Below, piece after piece: positions 1 through 9,817 of a stretch of DNA of 64,000 bases (the first letter of the stretch is position 1; the number at the start of each line of letters is the position of its first letter). Source of the DNA: Candidatus Fervidifonticultor secundus (GTDB lineage Bacteria > Sysuimicrobiota > Sysuimicrobiia > Sysuimicrobiales > Humicultoraceae). The stretch lies in contig JAVKIP010000001.1 in the NCBI GenBank assembly GCA_031459385.1, positions 341,786-405,785 on the forward strand. Reading direction: 5' to 3'. Under the pieces are notes generated by a model. The model did no database searches. It was given only the letters and a program-made list of their open reading frames with translations, and was not told where the DNA came from. Position numbers and translations under genes: made by a program.

Positions 1-2
1 GG

Positions 3-281
3 GCGCAGGTGCGGATCTCGGCGTGCGAAGCCCGCCGCGAGGAGGCGCGCCACCTGGGGCTGCGCCGGGGCGCGCCGGTCCTGGCGGCCGAGTTCGTCGT
101 GCATGCCGACGGCAGCCCCGTGCAGCTGGTGCGGGCACGCTTTCGCCCCGACCGGTACGCGTTCGCGTTCACGATCGCGCCCGAGGCGACGGGTGAACCG
201 GACGGGCTGCTCCGGCCCGTCGCCCGCGCGGCTGACGTCGCCCCGCCTGCGCCGACGATGACGCCACGAGGAGACGCATGA
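3..281 (+). CDS. GntR/HutC-family regulator, C-terminal UTRA domain (5'-truncated by window edge)
   Basis: EEARHLGLRRGAPVL...DGSPVQLVRARFRPDRYAF resembles the end of a UTRA domain; stop overlaps the next ATG (ATGA). Confidence 0.75.
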   Translation, partial: AQVRISACEARREEARHLGLRRGAPVLAAEFVVHADGSPVQLVRARFRPDRYAFAFTIAPEATGEPDGLLRPVARAADVAPPAPTMTPRGDA

Positions 282-1330
282 CGCCCATCCAGCTCGACGA
301 TCGGCACCTCAAGGTCGGCGAGGCGATCGACCGGCTCTGTACCATCGAGATCACCGGCCGCGGCGTCGTCGGCGACCTCTACGCCGCGGCGCGCGCCGCG
401 CAGGCGGGACCGCTGTGCCTGTCAGCCGCCCGTGTGCTGGTCGACGGCGTGGCGCCCGGCGACGTGGTGGTCATCGCCACCGGCCTGCCCACCTACCCGT
501 GGTTCTTGGGCGAGCAGGACGGGCCCGTGGGCGCGGCGACGCTGGCGCGGGCCATGGTGCTGGGTCTGGCCGCGCGGCCGGTGATCGTGACCGAGCCGAA
601 CCACGTGGAGATGTGCGCGGCGGCGGTGCGCGGCGCCGGGCTGTACGCGCGGGGCGTCGACGAGGCGTTGCGACTGCCCACCACCGCTGCCGTGGTTGGC
701 TTCCCCCTCGAATGGGCTGCGGCCGAGCGCGAGGCCGACGCCCTGCTGGCGCGGGTAGGGCCGCGTGCGCTGGTGGCGATCGAGCGGCCGGGCGCCAACG
801 AGCACGGCCACTACCATAGCGCGGGCGGCCAGCGGCTCACCGAGCACTGCGCCAAGGTCGACGTGCTCTTCGCCCGGGCGCGCGCGGCCGGCATTCCCAC
901 GGTGGGTATCGGCGACGGCGGGAACGAGCTGGGCTGCGCCATGATCCGCGAGGCGGTGTTCGCCACGGTGCCGCGCGGCCGCCGCTGCCGGTGCCCCTGC
1001 GGCGGCTCGGTGGTGCCCGCGACGCCCACCGACCACCTGGTGCTGACGGCGATCTCCAACTGGGGGGCCTACGGCGTGGCCGCGGCCATGGCGCTGCTGT
1101 TGGACCGGCCCGAGGTGTTGCACACGCGGGAGATCGACCGGCGCGTGCACGAACTGTGCGCCGCCGCAGGCGCCAACAACAACGGTCCCGGCCTCCTCGA
1201 CGTGGGCACCGACGCCGTGCCGGCTGAGCTCCACGGCGACTTCCTGGCGTTGCTGGGGTTCATGGTCGCCAGCGGCATCGACTTCGGCCGGCTCTACCGC
1301 GAGCCGCGCTACCCGTGGCTGGCGACATGA
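278..1330 (+). CDS. DUF4392 / D-glutamate cyclase-like protein
   Basis: Motifs DGPVGA, IERPG, GIGDGGNELG, SNWGAYG; SD aggag upstream. Confidence 0.8.
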   Translation: MTPIQLDDRHLKVGEAIDRLCTIEITGRGVVGDLYAAARAAQAGPLCLSAARVLVDGVAPGDVVVIATGLPTYPWFLGEQDGPVGAATLARAMVLGLAARPVIVTEPNHVEMCAAAVRGAGLYARGVDEALRLPTTAAVVGFPLEWAAAEREADALLARVGPRALVAIERPGANEHGHYHSAGGQRLTEHCAKVDVLFARARAAGIPTVGIGDGGNELGCAMIREAVFATVPRGRRCRCPCGGSVVPATPTDHLVLTAISNWGAYGVAAAMALLLDRPEVLHTREIDRRVHELCAAAGANNNGPGLLDVGTDAVPAELHGDFLALLGFMVASGIDFGRLYREPRYPWLAT

Positions 1331-1355
1331 CCCCACCGGCAGGGAGGACAGAGCC

Positions 1356-2411
1356 ATGACCCGCGCGCTTGAGCCCGCCGACCTCCGCGCGCGCATCGCG
1401 CTGCTGCCGCGCGTGCGTCTGGCCCACCTGCCCACGCCGATCCAGCACTGTTCGAACCTCTCCCGCGACCTGGGCGTCGACCTGTGGGTGAAGCGTGACG
1501 ACCTCACCGGCCCGGCGTTCGGCGGCAACAAGGTCCGCAACCTGGAGTGGCGCATGGCCGAGGCGCTGGCCGCGGGCGCCGACGCGCTGGTCTTCGGGGT
1601 CGAGGCCACGTCGAACTCGGCCCGGCAGACCGCGGCGGCCGCCAACATCCTGGGACTGCCGCTGGTGCTGGTCCTGCGCGGGGCTCCGGACGAACCCTGG
1701 CAGGGCAACCTGCTGTGCGACCTGATCCTGGGCGCTGACGTGCGCTTGCGGGCGCTGCCTGGCTACCACGACCTGCCCCGCGCCGTGCAGGAGGTTGTAG
1801 ACGAGCTGCGGGCCGCCGGCCGGCGCCCGTTCAGCCTCAACCACGGCCGGATGTTCCACGTGGCGGCGGCGCTGGCGACCATCGAGAACTTCCTGGAGAT
1901 CCTCGAGCTGCTGGCGCCGCACGGCCGCACGCCCCAGCACATCTACATCTCGTCGGGCGGCAAGGGCCTGGCCGGCCTGGCCCTGGCGCGCACGGCCCTG
2001 GGGCTGCCGGTACGGGTGGTGGGCATCGCGTCCACCACCAACGAGGATCCGTGGACGTACGCGGCGCAGACCGCCACCGAGACCGCGCAGCTGCTGGGGC
2101 TGCCCCTGGAGGTGACGCCCGGCGAGATCGAAGCGTCGTACGACTACATCGGCCCCGGCTACGGCGTCCCTACCCCCGACGGGCTGGATGCGATCCTGAC
2201 TTTCGCGCGGCGCGAGGGCCTCATGCTCGATCCTGTCTACACGGGGAAGGCCGCGGCCGGGCTGCTGGACCACATCCGCCGCGGGATCGTGGCGCCGGGC
2301 GCCACCGTGGTGTTCGTGCACACGGGCGGGCAGCCCGCCCTGTTCGCCCACAGCGAGGCGATCGTCGCCCACATCCGGCGCGCGCAGGTGCACGCCCGCG
2401 CCCGCCCATGA
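1356..2411 (+). CDS. PLP-dependent D-cysteine desulfhydrase family protein
   Basis: PTPI, KRDDLTGPAFGGNKVR (PLP Lys), GPGYG, LDPVYTGKA (Thr, not the ACC-deaminase Glu), HTGG. Confidence 0.85.
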   Translation: MTRALEPADLRARIALLPRVRLAHLPTPIQHCSNLSRDLGVDLWVKRDDLTGPAFGGNKVRNLEWRMAEALAAGADALVFGVEATSNSARQTAAAANILGLPLVLVLRGAPDEPWQGNLLCDLILGADVRLRALPGYHDLPRAVQEVVDELRAAGRRPFSLNHGRMFHVAAALATIENFLEILELLAPHGRTPQHIYISSGGKGLAGLALARTALGLPVRVVGIASTTNEDPWTYAAQTATETAQLLGLPLEVTPGEIEASYDYIGPGYGVPTPDGLDAILTFARREGLMLDPVYTGKAAAGLLDHIRRGIVAPGATVVFVHTGGQPALFAHSEAIVAHIRRAQVHARARP

Positions 2412-2454
2412 TGTCGCCGGCAGCGTCGGGCCGCCGGCCAAGGAGGGAGCGCGC

Positions 2455-4038
2455 ATGAGGACGCGAGGGATCCTGATCCTGATGGTGGGGGCAGCGCTGC
2501 TGCTGCCGCTGGCGGCCGGCGCCCAGGTGGACCGGCCGCTGGTGTACGCGCAGAACGTGCCGGTCACGGCCATGGACACCGCCGGCACGTCCATCGGCAC
2601 CGTCTACCCCGCCGGGTACGAGGCGATGTTCCTCGTTTACGACAACCTGGTGGGCTTCAACGACCGGATGCAGATCGTCCCGCAGCTCGCCACCGAGTGG
2701 TCCACGGCGCGTGACGGACTGACCTGGACGTTCCGGCTGCGGCGTGGGGTCGTGTTCCACGACGGGACGCCCTTTGACGCCGATGCGGCCGTCTTCCACC
2801 TGCAGCGGCAGATCGACCCCCAGGTGAACCGCTCGAACCGGCCGCTGTGGGACCCCATCGCCAGCGTGCGCAAGGTGGACGACTTCACCGTGGCCATCAC
2901 GACCCACAAGCCCTACGGCGCGCTGCTCAACACCCTGGCCCACGGCTCGGGCGGCGTGGTCAGCCCCACGGCCGTGCGGCGGTTGGGCGCCGCTTTCGCG
3001 CGGCAGCCGGTGGGTACCGGGCCCTACGCGGTCGAGCGTCTCGAGACCGGCACCGAGCTGGTGCTGCGCCGCAACGACAGCTACTGGGGCGGCCGGCCGG
3101 GCTACAGCCGCATCGTGCTGCGGCACGTCCCAGACCCCACGACCCGCATCGCGCTGCTGCAGTCCGGGCAGGCCGACGTCATCAACGCGATCCCGCCGGA
3201 GAACGTGGCGCAGCTCCAGGGGAACCCGGCCATCGAGGTGATCGCCCGGCCGGCCCTGCGGACGTTCGGCTTCGCCTTCAACCTGAACCGGCGGTTCTTC
3301 CAGGACGTCAAGGTGCGCCACGCGTTCAACTACGCCGTGAACCGGGGGCCGGTCATCACGGCGATCTTCAAGGGCTACGCCACGCCCATCGACTCGCCGC
3401 TGTCGCCGTTCACCTCCGGGTACGTGCCGATCGCGCCCTGGCCGTACGACGTCGAGCGGGCGAAGCAGCTGCTGGCCGAGGCCGGGTGGCGGCCGGGCCC
3501 CGACGGGGTGGTGCGCAAGGATGGGCAGCCCTTCGAGATCACCATCCTCACGCCCATCGGGATGCTACCCAAGGACATCGAGGTCACGCAGGCATTCCAG
3601 GACTTCCTGCGCGTCATCGGCGTGCGCGCGACGATCAACCGGGTCGAGCCGGCGGCGTTCTGGGACTTCCTGCGCGTGCCGCCTGACCGGCTGGCGTGGG
3701 ACATGGTGCTGTTCGGCTTCAACCCGTCCAACGGCGACGGCGGCTACCACCTGACGTCGCTCTTCGAGAGCAACCCGTCGCGCGGCGGTCCGCCCAAGGT
3801 GTGGAACTTCACCTGGTATGCCAACCCCAGGGTGGACGAGCTGCTGAACCAGGCCGACCAGACCGTGGACCAGGCCAAGCGGCGGGAGCTGCTGGGGCAG
3901 GCGGCGCGCCTGGTGTGGCAGGACGCGCCCTACGTCTGGCTCTACGCCGAGAACGTCATCGTCGCCAGGCGGCGGGACGTGAAGAACGTCGAGGTCTGGC
4001 CCGTGGTCTTCACCATCCTGCGCAACGCGCGGCCCTAG
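2455..4038 (+). CDS. ABC transporter substrate-binding protein, family 5 (Dpp/Opp-like)
   Basis: Signal peptide; LRRGVVFHDGTPFDA, PVGTGPY, YDVERAKQLLAEAGW, YANPRVDELL. Confidence 0.92.
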   Translation: MRTRGILILMVGAALLLPLAAGAQVDRPLVYAQNVPVTAMDTAGTSIGTVYPAGYEAMFLVYDNLVGFNDRMQIVPQLATEWSTARDGLTWTFRLRRGVVFHDGTPFDADAAVFHLQRQIDPQVNRSNRPLWDPIASVRKVDDFTVAITTHKPYGALLNTLAHGSGGVVSPTAVRRLGAAFARQPVGTGPYAVERLETGTELVLRRNDSYWGGRPGYSRIVLRHVPDPTTRIALLQSGQADVINAIPPENVAQLQGNPAIEVIARPALRTFGFAFNLNRRFFQDVKVRHAFNYAVNRGPVITAIFKGYATPIDSPLSPFTSGYVPIAPWPYDVERAKQLLAEAGWRPGPDGVVRKDGQPFEITILTPIGMLPKDIEVTQAFQDFLRVIGVRATINRVEPAAFWDFLRVPPDRLAWDMVLFGFNPSNGDGGYHLTSLFESNPSRGGPPKVWNFTWYANPRVDELLNQADQTVDQAKRRELLGQAARLVWQDAPYVWLYAENVIVARRRDVKNVEVWPVVFTILRNARP

Positions 4039-4058
4039 CGCCCCTGCGGGCCGCGGAC

Positions 4059-4093
4059 GTGGGGCCGGGCGCGGGCAGCCGCCCCGGCCCCGC
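4059..4093 (+). other. GC-rich intergenic stem-loop after SBP gene (probable mRNA-stabilising hairpin)
   Basis: gtggggccggg(4059-4069) pairs with cccggccccgc(4083-4093); no U-tract. Confidence 0.45.
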
Positions 4094-4115
4094 GCCGGTC
4101 CGTCCGTCGCACGCG

Positions 4116-5036
4116 GTGGTCCTGTACACCCTCCGCCGCCTGGCGCTGCTGGCACCGCAGGCGCTGGGCATCGTGACGCTGGTCTTCATCGTGTTCCGTC
4201 TGGTGCCGGGCGACCCGGCACTGCTCGTGGCCGGTCCCCACGCGACGGCCGAGCAAGTCGAGGCGATCCGCCGCGACCTGGGCCTGCACCGTCCGCTCTG
4301 GCAGCAGTACCTGGGCTTTCTCGCCGATCTCCTCCGCGGGGACCTGGGCACCTCGGTGAGCCTGCACCAGCCGGTGACCGAGGTGGTCGCCGCGCGCGCG
4401 GGGCCCACCCTGGCGCTGATGCTGGCCAGCCTGCTCCTTACCGTGATCCTGGCGGTTCCGGCAGGCCTGGCTGCGGCCGTGCGCCCGCACGGGACGCTCG
4501 CCCAGGTCCTCATGGGGGCGTCGATCCTGGCGCTCTCCATCCCCAACTTCCTGATCGGCATGCTCCTGATGCAGGTGCTGGCGGTCTCCTGGCGACTGCT
4601 GCCGGCGGCCGGCACCGGCGGTGGCGCGTTCCTGGTGATGCCGACGCTGGCCGTGGCCGCGCGTCTGGTGGCGCTGGTGAGCCGCACCACCCAGGCCAGC
4701 GTCCTCGAGATCCTGGGCGAGGAGTTCGTGCGCACGGCGCGCGCCAAGGGGCTCGCAGCCCGCGCCGTACTCTACCGGCACGCCCTGCGGCCCGCGCTGG
4801 TGCCTATCCTCACCATGATCGGCCTGCAGGCCGGCTACCTGCTCGGCGGCTCCGTCGTGGTCGAGACCCTCTTCGCCTACCAGGGGCTCGGGCAGGCGAT
4901 GATCACGGCGGTCGGGCTGCGCGACTACTTCCTGGTGCAAGGTGTGACGCTCGTCTACGTCGTCGGCTTCCTGCTGGTGAACCTGGTCGTGGACCTGTCG
5001 TATGCGGCCGTCGACCCGCGAATCAGATACGCTTAG
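4116..5036 (+). CDS. Peptide/nickel ABC permease (DppB-like)
   Basis: YTLRRL start, PGDPA, GDLGTS, EAA loop FVRTARAKG, DPRIRY; GTG start at 4116 inferred. Confidence 0.9.
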   Translation: MVLYTLRRLALLAPQALGIVTLVFIVFRLVPGDPALLVAGPHATAEQVEAIRRDLGLHRPLWQQYLGFLADLLRGDLGTSVSLHQPVTEVVAARAGPTLALMLASLLLTVILAVPAGLAAAVRPHGTLAQVLMGASILALSIPNFLIGMLLMQVLAVSWRLLPAAGTGGGAFLVMPTLAVAARLVALVSRTTQASVLEILGEEFVRTARAKGLAARAVLYRHALRPALVPILTMIGLQAGYLLGGSVVVETLFAYQGLGQAMITAVGLRDYFLVQGVTLVYVVGFLLVNLVVDLSYAAVDPRIRYA

Positions 5037-5910
5037 CCCGGCGCCTGGGGCCGGGGCCCGCCCGGCCTCGGCGCTGGCGCGGCGCGCGCGGCGCCTGGTG
5101 CGCGTACCCGGCGTGGCCCTGGGCCTGCTGCTCGTCGCCGCCTACGTGGTGATGGGGCTCTGCGCGCCCTGGCTGGCGCCCCGCGATCCCAACGCGCAGG
5201 ACCTCCTGGCCGCGCTGCAGCCGCCGTCGCCCGCGCACTGGTTCGGCACCGACGACCTGGGCCGCGACCTGGCCAGCCGCGTCGTCGTGGCGTCGCGCAC
5301 CGACCTGACCATCGTGCTGCTGGGGTTGGCCCTGTCGCTCGTCATCGCCCTGCCCGTCGGCCTGGTGGCCGGCGCCGTGGGCGGCCGCACCGACCGCGTG
5401 CTGCTGGCGGTGTTCGACGCCGCGCTCACGGTGCCGTCGCTGGTGCTGGCAGTGGTGCTGGTGAGCCTGCTGGGCGTGGGGCTGCAGAGCGTGATCCTGG
5501 CCGTGGGCGTCACCACGGCGCCGGCCCTGGCGCGCCTGGTGCGCGGTCTCGTGCTGACCATCGTGAGCAGCGAGTACGTCGAGGCCGCCCGGGCCCTGGG
5601 CGCCACCACGGCGCGCCTGATCGTGCGGCACGTGCTGCCGAACATCGCCGGCCGCGTCGCCGTCTACGCCACGCTCACCGGCAGCCATGCCATGCTCACG
5701 GTGACGGCGCTGGGTTTCCTGGGGCTCGGCGTGCAGCCGCCCGCGCCCGAGTGGGGGAACATGCTGGCCACGACGCGCACCTACCTGGCCACCGCGCCCT
5801 GGCTGCTGGCCGCTCCGGGCGCCGCCATCGTGCTCTTCATCCTGGGGCTGAACCTGCTAGGCGACGGGTTGCGGGATCTGCTGGACCCGAAGCTGCTGTG
5901 GCGGCCGTGA
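5002..5910 (+). CDS. Peptide/nickel ABC permease (DppC-like)
   Basis: HWFGTDDLGRD, YVEAARALGA, HVLPN, PEWGNML, NLLGDGLRDLLDP; start uncertain. Confidence 0.9.
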   Translation: MRPSTRESDTLSPAPGAGARPASALARRARRLVRVPGVALGLLLVAAYVVMGLCAPWLAPRDPNAQDLLAALQPPSPAHWFGTDDLGRDLASRVVVASRTDLTIVLLGLALSLVIALPVGLVAGAVGGRTDRVLLAVFDAALTVPSLVLAVVLVSLLGVGLQSVILAVGVTTAPALARLVRGLVLTIVSSEYVEAARALGATTARLIVRHVLPNIAGRVAVYATLTGSHAMLTVTALGFLGLGVQPPAPEWGNMLATTRTYLATAPWLLAAPGAAIVLFILGLNLLGDGLRDLLDPKLLWRP

Positions 5911-5934
5911 GGCAGCCCGGGGGGTCGTAGCCCC

Positions 5935-7107
5935 TCAGAGATACTCGGCCAAGAACGGCGTCTTCGTCAGGACCTCGGGCGCACCGTCGGTGACCACGGC
6001 CACGTCCTCCAGGTGCCCGCCGCCCACGCCGGGGAGCAGAATGCCCGGTTCCAGCGCCACGACCATCCCCGCCTCGAGACGCTGGGGCGGACGGTGCCCG
6101 GTGACCTTCTCGCCGATGGTGGGCGCTTCGTGGAGGTCGGTGCCCAGACCGTGCCCCAGGATGCCGAAGTAGGTGTGGTCTTCGTATCCCCACCGCCTGG
6201 CGACCTGGGCTGCGGCCTCCACCACCTCGGTCGTCAGCACGCCCGCCCGCAGCCTGTCCACGCCGGCCTGCAGCATCTGGTAGACCGCCCGGTAGACCTG
6301 ACGCTGCTCGGGGGTCGGGGTGCCGGCGAACGCGATGCGTGCGATGTCCCCGTTGTACCCGTTGACGATGGCAGCGCCGCAGTCGATACGCACCATCTCC
6401 CCGTAGCGGATCCGTTTGGTGGTCGGGAAGCGGTACCCGTAGACGGCGTGGTCGCCCGAGGCGACCAGCGGGTAGTACGGAATGTCTTCGGAACCGGCCA
6501 GCATCATGGCGGTGGCGGCCGCGGCCGATACCTCCAGCTCGGTCACCCCTGGGCGCACGGCTGCCAGCGCGGCCTGCATGCCCAGGTCGGCGACCTCGGC
6601 AGCCTCCCGCAGCATCGCGATCTCCAGCGGATGCTTGATCTTCCTGGCGTCGTCGATGGCGTCGAGGCCGTCGACGAACTGCACGTCGGGGAGGGCACGC
6701 TCGAGGTGCCTGAGGGCACCCACGGGCAGGAGGTCGACGCCGATGCGCCCGCGCACCCGGCAGCGCCGGACGGCGTCAGCGATCAACGGCACGCCGTCGG
6801 CGAAGACGAAGGGGAACGGCACGGGCTCGGCAATCCACGGCATCGTCCGCCTCACGCGCTCCATATCCCCGCTGGCGACGAAAAACGTCACCTGGCCGTC
6901 GGCGGTCAGCAGCACGGCATAGCGCGTGCCGTGGAACCACATGCTGTAGATAGGGCGAAAGCTGGTGACGTAGCGAATGGCATCCAGCTTGGTGTACAGG
7001 ACCGCAGCCAGGTCATGGGCGCCCATGGCCGCCGTCAACCGCGCGGTGCGGTAGGCGCGGAGGGCGTCCCACGCGGGGCCAGCGTACCAGTCAGCGGTCA
7101 CTGCCAT
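5935..7107 (-). CDS. Xaa-Pro peptidase (M24) family, canonical metal ligands
   Basis: IKHPLEI, IDCG..GYNGDIAR, GHGLG, ALEPG, HLED (D,D,H,E,E intact); SD gaggag before ATG 7107. Confidence 0.88.
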   Translation of the reverse strand: MAVTADWYAGPAWDALRAYRTARLTAAMGAHDLAAVLYTKLDAIRYVTSFRPIYSMWFHGTRYAVLLTADGQVTFFVASGDMERVRRTMPWIAEPVPFPFVFADGVPLIADAVRRCRVRGRIGVDLLPVGALRHLERALPDVQFVDGLDAIDDARKIKHPLEIAMLREAAEVADLGMQAALAAVRPGVTELEVSAAAATAMMLAGSEDIPYYPLVASGDHAVYGYRFPTTKRIRYGEMVRIDCGAAIVNGYNGDIARIAFAGTPTPEQRQVYRAVYQMLQAGVDRLRAGVLTTEVVEAAAQVARRWGYEDHTYFGILGHGLGTDLHEAPTIGEKVTGHRPPQRLEAGMVVALEPGILLPGVGGGHLEDVAVVTDGAPEVLTKTPFLAEYL

Positions 7108-7960
7108 GGGCGTCTCCTCGGGCCACCGGGGCCGCGTCTCGTGCGCGGTAGAAGTACCCGGGGAACCGTCGCACCGCGTCCACGTCGATTTCGGCATACA
7201 GGATGCCCTCGTCCTCGTCGAGGGTTTGGACGAACCCGTCGGTGGTGTTGATGCCGCCAGGTTTGGTGCGGAACCAGTGGGCCAGGTCGGTCAGGGTCTC
7301 CACAGGAGGCGGGACGCAGACGGTCGTGTATCCGCCGGCGCGCGGGAATCGCTGGCCGATGGAGCCATCAGGGCCGCGCAGCAGCAGCGAACAGGCAGCG
7401 ATGTCGACACCCACGACCGGTTTCCCGTATTCGAGGTGGCGGCCGATGACGGTGGCGGGATAGGCGGCCCCAAGTGCAAACCACCAGGACGGGTTGAAGA
7501 TGATATCCACCCGGTCCGCGACCAGCGCGCGGATGCCCTCGGTGAAGAACGCGAAGTCCGAGCAGATGACGGCGCCCAGGCGGCCGATGGGGGTGGCGAA
7601 GACGTGGAAGCCGCGACCCGGAACCACGCCCCCGTCGATCTCCCCCTGCGTGGGGAAGTTCTTGCGCTGGCGGCCGATGAGGTGCCCGTCGGGGCCGATG
7701 AAGGTGGCGGTGTTGTGCCACCGCTCGCGCGTCCCCTCGATGAGCCCTGCCACGACGTAGACGCCCAGCCGCCGGGCGGCGCGCCGGAGCTCGTCCTCGC
7801 CGACGCGGGGGTAGAGTTCGGGGAAACAGGCGCACTGGGCCCCGGCCCGCGCCGCGTCCTCCAGGAGCGCCACGGCGTGGGCCACATCCGCGCCGCTCCA
7901 CAGGTCGTCGAACTCCACGGACACCGGCCGGGCCTGAATGGCAGCAACGACAACCTTCAC
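7091..7960 (-). CDS. Carbon-nitrogen hydrolase (nitrilase superfamily)
   Basis: Catalytic triad motifs FPEL (E), RKNFP (K), ICSDF (C). Confidence 0.88.
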   Translation of the reverse strand: MKVVVAAIQARPVSVEFDDLWSGADVAHAVALLEDAARAGAQCACFPELYPRVGEDELRRAARRLGVYVVAGLIEGTRERWHNTATFIGPDGHLIGRQRKNFPTQGEIDGGVVPGRGFHVFATPIGRLGAVICSDFAFFTEGIRALVADRVDIIFNPSWWFALGAAYPATVIGRHLEYGKPVVGVDIAACSLLLRGPDGSIGQRFPRAGGYTTVCVPPPVETLTDLAHWFRTKPGGINTTDGFVQTLDEDEGILYAEIDVDAVRRFPGYFYRARDAAPVARGDAHGSDR

Positions 7961-8862
7961 GGGTGGCCACCTCCCCGGAGTCTCGGATCCATGGCTTCCC
8001 GGAGCCCGTCACCCAGCAGGTTGAACCCCAGCACGCTCAGCATGATGGCCAGGCCGGGAAACAGGACGAGCCACGGTGCAATGGTCATGTACTGCCTGCC
8101 CCTGCTGATCATGCCACCCCACGACGGGGCGGGCGGCTGGGGGCCCAGGCCGAGGAACGAGAGGCCGGCCTCGACCAGGATGACGATGGACAGGTTCAGA
8201 GTCGCGGCGATGACCACGGGCGGCAGGATGTTGGGCAGGATGTGCACCGCAACGATGCGCCGCGCCGCCGCACCCAGCGCCGCAGCGGCCTGGACGTATT
8301 CCAGCGTCTTCGTAGTCAGGGTGACGCTCCGCGCCAGCACCGCGAACTGTGGCATCGTCAGGAGGGCGATAGTGAGCACCAGATTGGTGAGGCTGGGCCC
8401 CAGGGCGGCCACGACGGCCACTGCCAGGAGGAGTGGTGGAAAGGCGAACAGGACGTCGAACAGACGCATGGCGATCAGGTCCACCGTGCCGCCGGCAAAT
8501 CCAATTGCCGTGCCCAGCGGCACTCCCACGGCGACGGCCAAGGAAACAGCACCCAGCGCCGCGGCCAGCGAGGTGCGGGCGCCGTGGATCACGCGACTTG
8601 CGATGTCGCGCCCCAGTTCGTCGGTGCCGAATGGGAATCTCGTGGACGGTGGGCGGATCTCGAAGCCGGGGTGCAACGCTGTGGGGCCGTAGGGGGCCAG
8701 CGCGGGCGCCAGCAGCGCGACGAGCATCACGCTCAGGACGACGGCCGCGCCTGCCAGCGCCGACCAGTTGCGTCTCAGCCGCCGCCACGCCGAGGCGCGG
8801 TACGATGGTGCGCCGGTGGAGGGCGATGGGAGTGGCCGGGCGGCGGCCCCACGGCTAGCCAT
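7957..8862 (-). CDS. Peptide ABC permease (DppC-like)
   Basis: PFGTDELGRD, YVQAAAALGA, HILPN, NLLGDGLREAMDP. Confidence 0.92.
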   Translation of the reverse strand: MASRGAAARPLPSPSTGAPSYRASAWRRLRRNWSALAGAAVVLSVMLVALLAPALAPYGPTALHPGFEIRPPSTRFPFGTDELGRDIASRVIHGARTSLAAALGAVSLAVAVGVPLGTAIGFAGGTVDLIAMRLFDVLFAFPPLLLAVAVVAALGPSLTNLVLTIALLTMPQFAVLARSVTLTTKTLEYVQAAAALGAAARRIVAVHILPNILPPVVIAATLNLSIVILVEAGLSFLGLGPQPPAPSWGGMISRGRQYMTIAPWLVLFPGLAIMLSVLGFNLLGDGLREAMDPRLRGGGHP

Positions 8863-9805
8863 AGACGATGCGGGGATCCACCAGACGGTACAGCAGGTCG
8901 ATGGCCAGGTTGAGGAGCACGGCGTTGACCGTGAGGAATAGCACGGTTCCCTGAATCATGGTGTAGTCACGCTGGTAGATGGCGTTGACCACCAGCCGCC
9001 CCACGCCGGGCAGGGCGAACACCTCTTCGATGATCACTGCGCCGCCGATGAGGGCCACGAACTGGAGGCCGGTGACGGCAATCACCGGGATCAGGGCGTT
9101 GGTCAGGGCGTGGCGGAACAGCACACGATGTTCCGTCACGCCTTTGGCGCGGGCTGTACGGACGTAGTCCTGCGCCAGCGCTTCCAGCATGCTGGCACGC
9201 GTGTGTCGCAGCAGGATGGCTGAAACGGCAATCCCCAGGGCCAGCGCCGGTGGAAGCATGTGGCCCACGCTGGCCAGGGGTGCTTCGTGGAAGGGAATGT
9301 AGCCAAGGGTCGATACGGCGGGCAGGTACCGTGCGCCGAGGACGATGAGGACCGTCCCCATGAAGAACGCCGGTGTCGAAATGAACAGCAGGGACGTCAG
9401 CCGGACGACGTGCGCCCACAGCCCGACCACGGGTGTGGCGGACAGGACGCCCAGGGGCACGCCCACCACGACGGCAATGGTCATGGCCATCACCGTCAGC
9501 TGGATGGTGACGGGGTACGCGCGGCGGATCTCTGCGGCCACGGAGCCCCCGTGGACGAGAGAGCGACCCAGATCGCCCTGGAGGACGGCCGCCACCCAGT
9601 GCAGGTACTGCACGGCCAGCGGCCTGTCGAGGTGCAGGGCCTGGATCAGCGCTTGCCGGTTCTGCTCGTTCTGGCTGGCCGTGATGCCCAGCAGGACCGT
9701 CACCAGATCGCCGGGGATCAGGTGGACGACCGAGAACGAGACCACCGAAACTCCCAGGAGCGTGGGGAGGAGCAGGGCGACGCGCTTGGCGACATAGGCC
9801 TGCAT
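8855..9805 (-). CDS. Peptide ABC permease (DppB-like)
   Basis: PGD, GDLGRS, DYVRTARAKG, RDYTMIQG, DPRI. Confidence 0.92.
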   Translation of the reverse strand: MQAYVAKRVALLLPTLLGVSVVSFSVVHLIPGDLVTVLLGITASQNEQNRQALIQALHLDRPLAVQYLHWVAAVLQGDLGRSLVHGGSVAAEIRRAYPVTIQLTVMAMTIAVVVGVPLGVLSATPVVGLWAHVVRLTSLLFISTPAFFMGTVLIVLGARYLPAVSTLGYIPFHEAPLASVGHMLPPALALGIAVSAILLRHTRASMLEALAQDYVRTARAKGVTEHRVLFRHALTNALIPVIAVTGLQFVALIGGAVIIEEVFALPGVGRLVVNAIYQRDYTMIQGTVLFLTVNAVLLNLAIDLLYRLVDPRIVYG

Positions 9806-9817
9806 GGAGACCGGGCG

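Noticed and set aside
1356..2411. ACC deaminase
   Set aside because: It has DPVYTGK rather than the diagnostic DPVYEGK.
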